The position numbers and the translations under genes are program-made. Below, one piece after another: positions 36,223-45,270 of a stretch of 64,000 bases of DNA (position 1 is its first letter; every line of letters begins with the position of its first letter). The notes below the pieces were generated by a model, which was given only the letters and a program-made list of their open reading frames with translations, did not search any database and was not told the DNA's origin. The stretch is taken from NCBI GenBank assembly GCA_038198935.1, contig JBBPZQ010000103.1:25649-89648 (forward strand), read 5' to 3'. The DNA is from Anaerolineae bacterium. Its GTDB lineage: Bacteria > Chloroflexota > Anaerolineae > JACRMK01.

Positions 36223-38010
36223 CTATTGCAGAAGATGTAATTGCTTACCTGTCGCGGATTCCCAGATCCGTGCGCTGCCATCATGGCTTGCCGTCGCTAC
36301 CGTCCTGCCATCTGGGCTCCAGGCTACCATGTTCACTGCGCCTTGATGCCCGCGCAAGACCGCGACGACTTGTCCGGAATTGGCGTCCCAAATTTGCGGT
36401 TCTTGGGCTGTCAGCACTCGGCTGGTTGCCACCCGTTGCCCGTTCGGGCTCCACGCCACATCGAAACTCTCTCCAGACGTTTTCAACGTCAACAGAATTT
36501 CACCCCTGGAGGGCTCCCAAACGCGCACCTCATTAATGGCAGCGGTGGCGATCCGCTTCCCCTCAGGACTCCAGACCGCATCAAAAACGCGATCGTTGTG
36601 CGGTAAGATGATAAGATTTTTCCCGCTGTTGGGATCCCACACCCGTGCCGTCTGATCGTCACTGGCTGTGAGCAGGCGCTGTCCGTCGGGACTCCAACTT
36701 ACCATGCGCACGCCTAACAAGTGCCCTGCAAGAACCGCCAAAGGCTTGCCCGTGTCGGCATCCCATACCCGTGCTGTCAGATCCAAACTTGCGGTGGCAA
36801 GGCGCTTCCCATCTGGGCTCCATGCCACCCGACTGACTAGAATTTGATGCCCCGTCAACGTTGAGAGCAGTTGGCCCGTCTGTGCGTCCCACACCCGCGC
36901 CCACACCCGCGCCCGCACATCCAAAGTCGCGGTCGCGAGGCGATCGCCTTTTGGGCTCCACGTGATCTGATTGACTTTCCCAAAGTCTGTCACTCCCAAC
37001 GTCAGCAGCAACTTGCCGCTGCCCACGTCCCATACACGCGAAACGTCGCTGGCGGTGGCGAGTTGTTTTCCATCGGGACTCCACTCCACGTTGAAAATCG
37101 CGGCCTTGCGAGTACCAAAAGTTTCGGAGAGAGTTCGTAGTCGCTTACCCGAGACGGAGTCCCACACATACGCCACGCCGTCGGAGTCCGCAGTTGCCAA
37201 CTGTGTGCCATCGGGACTCCATGCCACGCTGGTTACGCGTGGAAGGTTCGGCACGGCGCTTGCCGCGGGTGTTGGCGCAGCGGTGGTGCGGCTGATGGGC
37301 GTGAGGGTGGGCGCAACTGCCGCCGTCACAGTTAACAACATCTGATCATTCCACTTCCCGCCTGTCAATTCGCCTAAATCGGGAAAGCCGCTGTCCAGCA
37401 CTGCTCGTGTGGCTGGACTCGGCGCCGCAGGCGGCACGCCATCCGGCACGACGATCTGCTGCCCCGACACCGCCTCAACGGTCACGCCCGCAGCTGCTGC
37501 CTCCACGCTTCCCGTTTTGACGATTGTCCAGGTACGGTGCAAGCGCACATCGTAATTAACGAAGAACTCGGTGCCAGTGGCGGTGATCGTGACGCCACCA
37601 GGCGTTTGAAATTGTATGCGCTGTGCTGCGCGCGCTTGTGGCGTGATGGTGTTGAACACGCTGCCATTATTCAGCAGGAACTGAATGAGCAGCGGCGCGC
37701 TAGGGTCAACTCCTGCGTACTTCAGTTGCACCTCAGAATCATGGAAGATGTCCACCACGAGCAGGTCGGCAAACCTCAACAGTGCTTCGCCTTGAGGCTT
37801 CACATCAATCTTGTCACCTTGGCGCGCGACACGCGTAGAGCCGACGGGGATCGTTTCGCCTGCTGCGGATTGCGGCTGGAAAACGACTTCGGCCTTTTGC
37901 GTTTCCAGCGTCGCATCGGTTTCGGATGAAGATGGCCCCAATGGGCTAATCGGACCACATGCGAACAGCAATAGCAGCATCGCGAACAGTCGGCGATTAC
38001 GCGCGTGCAT
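36223..38010 (-). CDS. WD40-repeat lipoprotein with N-terminal non-WD domain
   Basis: Signal peptide with lipobox LLLFAC; at least 8 WD40 repeats (AWSPDG.QLATAS.D.TARVWD). Confidence 0.8.
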   Translation of the reverse strand: MHARNRRLFAMLLLLFACGPISPLGPSSSETDATLETQKAEVVFQPQSAAGETIPVGSTRVARQGDKIDVKPQGEALLRFADLLVVDIFHDSEVQLKYAGVDPSAPLLIQFLLNNGSVFNTITPQARAAQRIQFQTPGGVTITATGTEFFVNYDVRLHRTWTIVKTGSVEAAAAGVTVEAVSGQQIVVPDGVPPAAPSPATRAVLDSGFPDLGELTGGKWNDQMLLTVTAAVAPTLTPISRTTAAPTPAASAVPNLPRVTSVAWSPDGTQLATADSDGVAYVWDSVSGKRLRTLSETFGTRKAAIFNVEWSPDGKQLATASDVSRVWDVGSGKLLLTLGVTDFGKVNQITWSPKGDRLATATLDVRARVWARVWDAQTGQLLSTLTGHQILVSRVAWSPDGKRLATASLDLTARVWDADTGKPLAVLAGHLLGVRMVSWSPDGQRLLTASDDQTARVWDPNSGKNLIILPHNDRVFDAVWSPEGKRIATAAINEVRVWEPSRGEILLTLKTSGESFDVAWSPNGQRVATSRVLTAQEPQIWDANSGQVVAVLRGHQGAVNMVAWSPDGRTVATASHDGSARIWESATGKQLHLLQ

Positions 38011-40273
38011 CGGCTACCTCCCGTCGAGATGCTTCATCCGCCGACGCAAAAACATAAAAGCCCAGCCCGCCCAACGCGCCGATGCTGAGACCGCAGATCA
38101 ATGCCAACGCGAAATTGTTCGACCAAAGATCGCTGAACAACGCCGACAAGATGGCTGCGAGCGCGGTACCCATTGGGATGAACAACAATCGCTGCGTTCG
38201 CGCGCGCGCCAACGCGGCGCTCACACCCAAGCCAGCACCAAGCAGCGCACCAACGATTAGGTGTCCCGCGTTCAGCGGGGGAGCAGCTACGGCAACATAG
38301 AGCGCAAAGGCGATAGCGCTCAGGGGCGCGCAGACGAGTAGCATAGCCAACCATTTGCGTTTGGGTTGTGCTTGCCAACGCCACAAACACAGCCCCATAC
38401 CGAAACCGATCGCCGCGCCGATTGGGAACATGGTGAGAAACGCCAGTGCCACAACGCCGATCAGCAAATTCGGTAAGAGCGCAGCCGACTTGAAGTATGT
38501 GAGCAATGCGAAGCCGAGCGCAAAACCTAAGCCAACGCCTAAAGCGCCGCCGCCGGCTTGCTTCAAGAAGCGAAACTGCCTGTCTCTCTCATCGGCTAGC
38601 GCGTCCGATACCGCGCGCCTCTTTTCGATTTCACTTTCGCGCGCTTGTCTCTCTTCGTTCTGTTGCTGCTCGCGCTCGTGTGCTGCCTTGCTTGCGTCCA
38701 AGAAGGCTCGCGCCGAATCGTCCAGCGTGTCCTCGTGCTGTGCGCGCCACTGCATCGCGCCATCTAACTGGTACCCGTGATACAAGAAACTTTCGTTTTG
38801 ATCTGACTGCTCCCATTCTTGCGCGCGCTCGTTGAGGCGGCGCTTCACCCGCTCATCAGCGCGGCGGTCGTCGAGCCACGTTCGCAGCAAGTCCCATTCG
38901 CGGATGAGCGCTTCGTGTGCCACCTCGACCGTATCGGACTCCGCGATGACTAATCTCGCCTCCACCAGCATCGTTAGCACCGCATCCACACTTGGTTGAT
39001 CCGCACGGTGTGGAGACAATGAGCGGCGGGCGACCCGTCTCCGTGTATCGGGCGCGTCATCTCGCATCTCCGTCAAACTCACGAAGATGCCGCGCGCGAT
39101 GCGCTGCTGCTCGTCGCGCAATTGCAAATAGACAGCCGTAGCACTTTGTGCAATCGCGCCCCGCACGCCGCCTGCCTCGTGATAGCCTTGCAGCGTCAGT
39201 TGTCGCCCCCGCCGACGCTTCCACGTTTCGAGCAGCGCGTGAGAGAGCAAGGGCAGAGCACCAGGCTCATGGCCCACATCGGTGAGCAGCAAGTCCACCA
39301 AGCCTGCCTCAAACTGCCAGTTGCCCTCTCGCGCAGGTTGCTCGATGGCGCGGCGCAGTTCGTCGGGCTGCATTGCGTTGAGGTTGTACTGGTGCTGCGG
39401 CAGCACGCGGAAGAAGTCGGGGAAGACCGCGCACTGCTCGTAGAAGTCGGCGCGAACGGTGAGCACGACGCGCACTGGCCCCGCCGTGTCGTCCGCGACG
39501 GCATGGAGCAAGTTGTCCACGAACGCCTTGCGCTCGATGGGCTCTTTGCACGCGGTGAACACTTCCTCGAACTGGTCCACGACGAGCAGCAGTCGCTCGC
39601 CGCCATCCTGCTTGAGCGCGCGCGACGCGGCTAGGTCGAGGCTGCGCGCGTCGTGCGCGAGGTCGTCTATCAGCGTCGCCTGCGCGGTGACGGATTCGGA
39701 CGCGCGCGTGAGTGATGCCGCGAGTTCTTTCAGTGGATGCTCGGTCGGTTTGATGAGGTGCAGTTGCCAGCGTGGGCTGCCGTCGGGCATGACGAAGTGC
39801 TGCGGCTTGTCGGGATGCATAGCGGCGACGAGACCTGCGCGCACTACCGACGATTTGCCGCTGCCCGACGCGCCGACGACGGCGAGCAAGCGCTGCTCGC
39901 GCACATGGGCGACCAATTTGGCGGTGACCGCTTCGCGGCCGAAGAACAGCGGCGCATCCGCCACGTCGAAGTAGAGTAAGCCTTTGAACGGCGGCTCGCC
40001 GGGCGCGGGTTCGTCGGATTCAGCAGCGGCTGGCGCAGCCCGCTCACCAAAAATGACAGTCGCGCCCTCTCCAACGTTATAGATGTCGCGGATCACCTTG
40101 TCACGCCCGACAACATCTCCGCCGGCACGAACATGGCCGCTGCTGACGTTCACACCACCCGATTGGCTGGTGGTGGACCCACCCGCGGCGGAATTCGTCG
40201 GGGTATCTGCGCTGGGTTCATCGTTTGCGTTCGCACTCACGAGCTTTCTCCTGTCGAGCATCGTATGCCTCAC
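37997..40273 (-). CDS. STAND-type P-loop NTPase with N-terminal Gly-rich motif, coiled-coil and C-terminal multi-pass transmembrane domain
   Basis: FFGREAV pre-Walker motif, Walker A GASGSGKSS, Walker B LLLVVDQFEE, Glu/Arg-rich coiled coil, about 6 hydrophobic helices at the C-terminus; overlaps the WD40 gene by 14 nt. Confidence 0.7.
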   Translation of the reverse strand: MRHTMLDRRKLVSANANDEPSADTPTNSAAGGSTTSQSGGVNVSSGHVRAGGDVVGRDKVIRDIYNVGEGATVIFGERAAPAAAESDEPAPGEPPFKGLLYFDVADAPLFFGREAVTAKLVAHVREQRLLAVVGASGSGKSSVVRAGLVAAMHPDKPQHFVMPDGSPRWQLHLIKPTEHPLKELAASLTRASESVTAQATLIDDLAHDARSLDLAASRALKQDGGERLLLVVDQFEEVFTACKEPIERKAFVDNLLHAVADDTAGPVRVVLTVRADFYEQCAVFPDFFRVLPQHQYNLNAMQPDELRRAIEQPAREGNWQFEAGLVDLLLTDVGHEPGALPLLSHALLETWKRRRGRQLTLQGYHEAGGVRGAIAQSATAVYLQLRDEQQRIARGIFVSLTEMRDDAPDTRRRVARRSLSPHRADQPSVDAVLTMLVEARLVIAESDTVEVAHEALIREWDLLRTWLDDRRADERVKRRLNERAQEWEQSDQNESFLYHGYQLDGAMQWRAQHEDTLDDSARAFLDASKAAHEREQQQNEERQARESEIEKRRAVSDALADERDRQFRFLKQAGGGALGVGLGFALGFALLTYFKSAALLPNLLIGVVALAFLTMFPIGAAIGFGMGLCLWRWQAQPKRKWLAMLLVCAPLSAIAFALYVAVAAPPLNAGHLIVGALLGAGLGVSAALARARTQRLLFIPMGTALAAILSALFSDLWSNNFALALICGLSIGALGGLGFYVFASADEASRREVADARA

Positions 40274-40396
40274 CGGTCAACAGTCGTTGCGCGCTATGAT
40301 ACTGCTTTCCAAACGTGGCTGCAACCAAAACGCGCACCCTTGCTGCTCAGGTGCGCTTGTTCCTTGAAGACGTACTGAAGAATGTGAGACTCAATG

Positions 40397-40868
40397 CTAA
40401 TCCGGCACTACCTCCCACATTGGAAGCAATTGCTCCAGCGATTCCTTCTGCTCGTCGGGCAACGTCACGAACAGCCCTTTCGCTTCAACAGCGACTGAAT
40501 CATCCGCGAGGCGAATCTCGCCGCTGCCGCTCATGCCGTGCCGACTCAGTTTGTCCACGCGACCGATCACGGTGAGCGGCTGGCCAATCGGCACGGGTTT
40601 CAAGAAGCGCAGTTCGAGTTTCGCCGTCATCATCCACTGTTCGCGGCCCGCCGTCATCGAAGCGCGGCCAATCGTCTCATCGAGCAGTGCCGTCGCGATG
40701 CCGCCGTGCAGCACGCCGGGATACCCTTGATGCTGTTCCTCTGGCGTGAAGCGCACGACCACGCTGCCGTCGTCTTGCTCGTAGAAAAAAGTCTTGAGTC
40801 CGATCGGATTGTGCATCCCGCAGATGAAACACATCTGCGAGTTGGGTTGTTTGCGAGTGATGTCCATG
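40397..40868 (-). CDS. PaaI-family hotdog-fold thioesterase
   Basis: Start MDITRK; FICGMHNPIGL...GVLHGGIATALLDETIG motifs. Confidence 0.75.
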
Positions 40869-40886
40869 TGAAAGTGAAACGAAAAA

Positions 40887-40962
40887 GAAATCACCAAGAT
40901 ACCAAGACACAAAGAAGTGTTCGGAATCTTTGTGTCTTGGTGTCTTGGTGTCTTGGTGATTT
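40887..40962. repeat. intergenic hairpin with tandem-repeated arms (ACCAAGA / TGTCTTGG x3)
   Basis: aaatcaccaagataccaagacacaaag...ctttgtgtcttggtgtcttggtgtcttggtgattt. Confidence 0.7.
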
Positions 40963-41767
40963 AATAGATTTGTTTCTGCTTCTTGCGCCGCTTCTCTTTT
41001 TTGCTGACGGGCTGCGATGGCGTCTCGTCGGCAGGCTCATCATCGCTCGATACAGCGTCGGCTTGCGGCGTGATCGCATCAGCCAGCGCGCGATACATCG
41101 CGCTCGACAGTGCGGGCGTCGTGTGTCGCTGCAAGTAGGACTTCAAACCATTGAGCGGCATGATGTGCTCTGCCTGCTCAGGCACTTGCAATTCGACCTC
41201 CGGTTTCGTGAACACGATCAAGGGCTTCACGGGCGCGTCCGCACCTTCGCCGTTCGGCTTCAACCATTTTTGCAACCGAGCGATTTGGGATTGCGCTTCG
41301 GCCGTCGGGTTGCCCAAGCCGCCGTGCCGCCAATCGTGCCACACGCGGCTGAGCGAGAACGGCTGTCGCCACTGCTTGCCGTCGAAACTGACAAGTCCCG
41401 TTTCGTCTTTTATCACGATCACGTGCAGACCCGTCGGTGTGAGCAAGACGTGTTCCGCAGGTGTGTAGTAGTTGATCAGACGATAGCGCTTGTCCAATCC
41501 CTTCAACACCTTCTCCAGTCGCTGATCGTCGCGCGGCTCGATCTGCCAACGCTCTGCCAGCCGTCCGCCGATGGTCGCCACAATCGTGCCGACGATCAGC
41601 GACACGTAGGAGAGCGCGATGTACTCTGGCGCCGTCAGCGTTGGATTGGCCAAGCCGCCGAGCGCGATGAACAAACCCGGCAGCATGATCGCCAGCCCGC
41701 CGAGGCTCGCGTACTTTGCGAACTTAGTTTTGCGATCAATTTGTGATTGGTTGGTGTAAGTGATCAT
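40961..41767 (-). CDS. NERD-domain protein with N-terminal TM helices
   Basis: 268 aa; NERD-like core (RYRLINYYTPAEHVLLTPTGLHVIVIKDETG) and KKEKRRKK tail. Confidence 0.6.
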   Translation of the reverse strand: MITYTNQSQIDRKTKFAKYASLGGLAIMLPGLFIALGGLANPTLTAPEYIALSYVSLIVGTIVATIGGRLAERWQIEPRDDQRLEKVLKGLDKRYRLINYYTPAEHVLLTPTGLHVIVIKDETGLVSFDGKQWRQPFSLSRVWHDWRHGGLGNPTAEAQSQIARLQKWLKPNGEGADAPVKPLIVFTKPEVELQVPEQAEHIMPLNGLKSYLQRHTTPALSSAMYRALADAITPQADAVSSDDEPADETPSQPVSKKEKRRKKQKQIY

Positions 41768-41771
41768 AATC

Positions 41772-41825
41772 TAATGCGTGATGCGTCATGCGTAACAAGG
41801 AATTACGCATCACGCATGACGCATT
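41772..41825. repeat. palindrome built from ATGCGT/ACGCAT hexamer repeats (3 per arm) overlapping the fabF stop
   Basis: taATGCGTgATGCGTcATGCGTaacaaggaattACGCATcACGCATgACGCATta. Confidence 0.7.
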
Positions 41826-43086
41826 ACTCCTTGTATCTCCCCATCACCAGACACGCATTCTGCCCGCCGAGTCCAAACGAATTTGAAAGCGTGTAATTGA
41901 CTTCCGCTTTGCGCGCAACGTTAGGCACGTAGTCGAGGTCACACTGCGGGTCGGGCGTCTCGTAGTTGATCGTCGGATGAATGACTTGCGTGTGCAGCGT
42001 CATCACGCACGAGAGCGCCTCAATCGCGCCCGTCGCGCCAAACGAGTGGCCGCACATGGATTTGGTCGAGCTGATCGGAATGGCGTATGCCTTCTCGCCG
42101 AACAGCGTCTTGATCGCGAGCGTTTCGATCGCATCGCCGAGCGGCGTGCTGCTGCCGTGCGCGTTGATGTAGCCGATCTGCTCCGGCGCGACGCCTGCAT
42201 CTTGAATCGCCCAACGCATCGCGCGGATCGCACCGTCGCCGACGGGATCGGGCGCGGCGACATCGTAGGCGTCGGTTGATGCGCCATAGCCGAGCACCTC
42301 GCAATAGATTTTCGCGCCGCGCTGCTGGGCATGCTCCAATTCTTCGAGCATCAGCACGCCGCAGCCCTCGCTGAACACAAAACCGTCGCGGTTCTTATCG
42401 AACGGACGGCTGGCACGTTCCGGTTCGTCGTTGCGCATAGACAGCCCGCGCATCGCGGTGAAGCCGACGACACATTCCGGAATAATCAAGGCTTCCGCAC
42501 CGCCCGCAAACATGATCTCGGCGCGGCCCAATTGGATCGCTTCCATCGCTTCGCCAATGGCTTGCGTGCCGGCCGCGCACGCCGTTACGACGGTGTTATT
42601 GAAACCCTTCGCGCCATAGTGCAGGCTCACGTGATGCGACGGCATGTTTGCGAGCGACTCCGGCAGTGAGAACGGGCTGACGCGCTTCCAGCCTTTCTCG
42701 CGCATCGTCTGCACGCCGAGCAGTGCCATGTCGAAGCCGCCAATCGCGCTGCCCATCAGCGCGCCGACGCGCTCGGCTTCGCTCGCGATGTCGTTCAGTC
42801 CCGCATCGTCCATCGCTTCTTTCGCGGCGGCGATGGCGAACTGCGAACAGCGCGCCATCCGACGCGCTTCCTTAAAGTTCATGTACTGGGCCGGATCAAA
42901 GCCTTTCACCTCGCCCGCGATCTGCGTCGGATACTCGGAGGCATCGAATGCGGTAATCTTCTTGATGCCCGACACGCCAGCGACTAGCTTATCCCAATGC
43001 TCTTTTGCTTTCAATGCCAGCGGCGTGATTGCACCCACACCCGTCACGACGACGCGCCGCAACTGCCGTGAACCATTGCTGCTCAT
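41824..43086 (-). CDS. fabF: beta-ketoacyl-ACP synthase II
   Basis: RRVVVTGVGAITPLA..., active-site Cys region TACAAG, His motifs; GGAGAC RBS. Confidence 0.9.
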   Translation of the reverse strand: MSSNGSRQLRRVVVTGVGAITPLALKAKEHWDKLVAGVSGIKKITAFDASEYPTQIAGEVKGFDPAQYMNFKEARRMARCSQFAIAAAKEAMDDAGLNDIASEAERVGALMGSAIGGFDMALLGVQTMREKGWKRVSPFSLPESLANMPSHHVSLHYGAKGFNNTVVTACAAGTQAIGEAMEAIQLGRAEIMFAGGAEALIIPECVVGFTAMRGLSMRNDEPERASRPFDKNRDGFVFSEGCGVLMLEELEHAQQRGAKIYCEVLGYGASTDAYDVAAPDPVGDGAIRAMRWAIQDAGVAPEQIGYINAHGSSTPLGDAIETLAIKTLFGEKAYAIPISSTKSMCGHSFGATGAIEALSCVMTLHTQVIHPTINYETPDPQCDLDYVPNVARKAEVNYTLSNSFGLGGQNACLVMGRYKE

Positions 43087-43107
43087 GAATACGTCTCCAG
43101 TGAACAA

Positions 43108-43162
43108 GTCCTGAGTGCTGAGTCCTGAGCAAACGTGACTTGGCACTCAGCACTCAGGACTG
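43108..43162. repeat. palindrome with AGTCCTGAG/GTGCTGAG repeat arms between plsX and fabF
   Basis: agtcctgagtgctgagtcctgagc...cactcagcactcaggact. Confidence 0.65.
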
Positions 43163-44149
43163 AATCGCTCTGATCGCGCCGACCACATCGCTCTCGACTG
43201 CGCGCATCGCCGTGCGAATCATGTTCTTGATCGCGCGCGCGTCGCTGCGACCATGACCGATAATCACAACACCGTCCACGCCCAAAAGTGGCGCACCGCC
43301 GACTTCCGACGGGTCGAGCCGCTGGCGAATGCGATCGAAGGCCGAGCGCGAGAGCAGCCCGCCAATTTTAGTCAGCGTACTCGCCATCAACTCTTGGCGG
43401 ATCGTGCTGCTCATCATGCTCGCCACACCTTCAGCCGTCTTGAGCATGATGTTGCCGACGAAGCCATCGCACACGACCACATCCGCGCCGTGCTTCAGCA
43501 CATCTTTCGGCTCGATGTTGCCGACGAAGTTGAGCGTGCTCAGCGTCTTGAGCAGTGCGTGTGCTTCCTGCACGAGTTGGTCGCCCTTCGTGTCCTCTTC
43601 GCCGTTCGCCAGCAGTGCAACGCGCGGCGACTTCACGCCAAGCACGCGCTCGGCATACAGGCTGCCCATTTGCGCGAATTGCACCAAGTATTCAGGCTTG
43701 CAATCCGTGTTCGCACCGACGTCGAGCACGATAACGGGCGTGTCATCTTGCGGCAGTGCTGCGACGAGACCCGGCCGCTCGATACCTTTGATGCGCCCGA
43801 CGCGTCCGCTGCCGATGAGCGCGCCCGCCATGACCGCGCCCGTGTTGCCTGCCGACGCAAAGCCGTCGGCTTGCTTATCGCGCAGCAATTTCAAACCGAC
43901 GTTGATCGTTGCGTCCTTCTTGTCGCGGATCGCATTCGCGGGGTGCTCCTGCATCTCGATCACTTGTGTCGCGTTCACAACGTCAATGGACAGACCGTCC
44001 GTCTTGTGCTTCGCCAATTCCGTTTTGAGCAGTTGTTCGGGCCCGGCGAGGACGATGTCGACGCCGAACTCGCGCGCCGCTTCCACCGCGCCCGCGACAT
44101 CGTTCACAGGTCGGCTGTCGCTGCCCATTGCGTCAAGGACGATTTTCAT
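43154..44149 (-). CDS. plsX: phosphate acyltransferase PlsX
   Basis: 331 aa; MKIVLDAMGSD..., canonical PlsX. Confidence 0.9.
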   Translation of the reverse strand: MKIVLDAMGSDSRPVNDVAGAVEAAREFGVDIVLAGPEQLLKTELAKHKTDGLSIDVVNATQVIEMQEHPANAIRDKKDATINVGLKLLRDKQADGFASAGNTGAVMAGALIGSGRVGRIKGIERPGLVAALPQDDTPVIVLDVGANTDCKPEYLVQFAQMGSLYAERVLGVKSPRVALLANGEEDTKGDQLVQEAHALLKTLSTLNFVGNIEPKDVLKHGADVVVCDGFVGNIMLKTAEGVASMMSSTIRQELMASTLTKIGGLLSRSAFDRIRQRLDPSEVGGAPLLGVDGVVIIGHGRSDARAIKNMIRTAMRAVESDVVGAIRAIQS

Positions 44150-44154
44150 GTGGA

Positions 44155-45222
44155 TTACAACACACCGACTTGGCTGTGATCGCCGAGCATCAGGCGCAAG
44201 ACCTTGGGCTGCGGCGGCGTCTGATAGATTTCGACGAAGCGGCCGATGAGCGAATCGGAGATGCGGTCGCGCACGTTCTGTATCTGGCTGCGCTCCATCA
44301 CGATGCTGTTCTCGATCTCGGCACAGTAGAGCAGGCAGTCGTGGTCAATGGCAGTGAACGGGCCCACGAACGAGTTTTCGATGCGTGTATTCGCGCCGAT
44401 GATGGCGGGACCGCGCACGAGGCTGTTCACAATCTGCACGCCCTTTTCGATGATCGCGCGCCCGATCACCTTCGATCTCGCATCCACGCAGCCATCAATC
44501 TTCGGCTCGATCGTTTCGAGAATCAAGCGATTGGCGTCGAGCATGTCGTCGCTCTTGCCCGTGTCAATCCAATGGCTCTTGAGCAAGTGCGCGCGCACGT
44601 TCAGTCCGCGATCCACCAGATACTGGATCGCGTCGGTGATCTCCAATTCGCCACGTGCCGACGGTCGGATGGAGTTCACTGCCTCGAACACGTTGTGATC
44701 GAACATGTAGATGCCGATCACGGCGAACGGCGAGATGAACTGTTTCGGCTTCTCGACCAACTTCACCACGCGGTCGCTGCCATTCAGCACCGCCACGCCG
44801 AGCGAACTGGGATCGCTCATCTCTTTCAAGATGATCTGCGCGTTCATCGCGCCGTCGTGGAACGCATTGACCTGCGGCACGATGCCGTCACGGATGAAGT
44901 TGTCGCCGAGGAACAGTACGAAGCGGTCGTCCTGCAAAAAATCGCGCGCGATCTTTATGCCGTGCGCGATACCGAGCGGCGCGTCCTGCGGGATGTATGT
45001 GACTTTCGCATTGAACTTCGCGCCATCGCCGACGGCAGCCTTGATCTGATTGGCGGTGTCGCCGACGACGATGCCAATCTCGTCAATGCCCGCCTCGACC
45101 AAGTCTTCAATTGCATAAAACAAGACGGGCTTATTCGCCACCGGCACCAATTGCTTCGCGCCGGTATAAGTGAACGGCCGCAAGCGCGTGCCCTTGCCGC
45201 CGGAGAGTATGAGTCCCTTCAT
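44155..45222 (-). CDS. glucose-1-phosphate thymidylyl/nucleotidyltransferase, long form with C-terminal left-handed beta-helix
   Basis: Start MKGLILSGGKGTRLRPFTYTGAKQL with GGGAG RBS; the larger ORF N-terminal extension is judged spurious. Confidence 0.8.
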   Translation of the reverse strand: MKGLILSGGKGTRLRPFTYTGAKQLVPVANKPVLFYAIEDLVEAGIDEIGIVVGDTANQIKAAVGDGAKFNAKVTYIPQDAPLGIAHGIKIARDFLQDDRFVLFLGDNFIRDGIVPQVNAFHDGAMNAQIILKEMSDPSSLGVAVLNGSDRVVKLVEKPKQFISPFAVIGIYMFDHNVFEAVNSIRPSARGELEITDAIQYLVDRGLNVRAHLLKSHWIDTGKSDDMLDANRLILETIEPKIDGCVDARSKVIGRAIIEKGVQIVNSLVRGPAIIGANTRIENSFVGPFTAIDHDCLLYCAEIENSIVMERSQIQNVRDRISDSLIGRFVEIYQTPPQPKVLRLMLGDHSQVGVL

Positions 45223-45241
45223 CCTGCGCTCCCTATCGCAT

Positions 45242-45270
45242 GTAGAGACGTTGCACTGCAACGTCTCTAC
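45242..45270. terminator. hairpin GTAGAGACGTTGCA/TGCAACGTCTCTAC overlapping the BY-kinase stop
   Basis: Perfect 14-bp inverted repeat. Shares its 9-nt ends GTAGAGACG...CGTCTCTAC with the lexA terminator at 16902..16930. Confidence 0.55.

Noticed and set aside
40538-41746. 402-aa ORF on the plus strand
   Set aside because: Antisense to the PaaI thioesterase and NERD genes; Arg/His-rich low-complexity translation without motifs.
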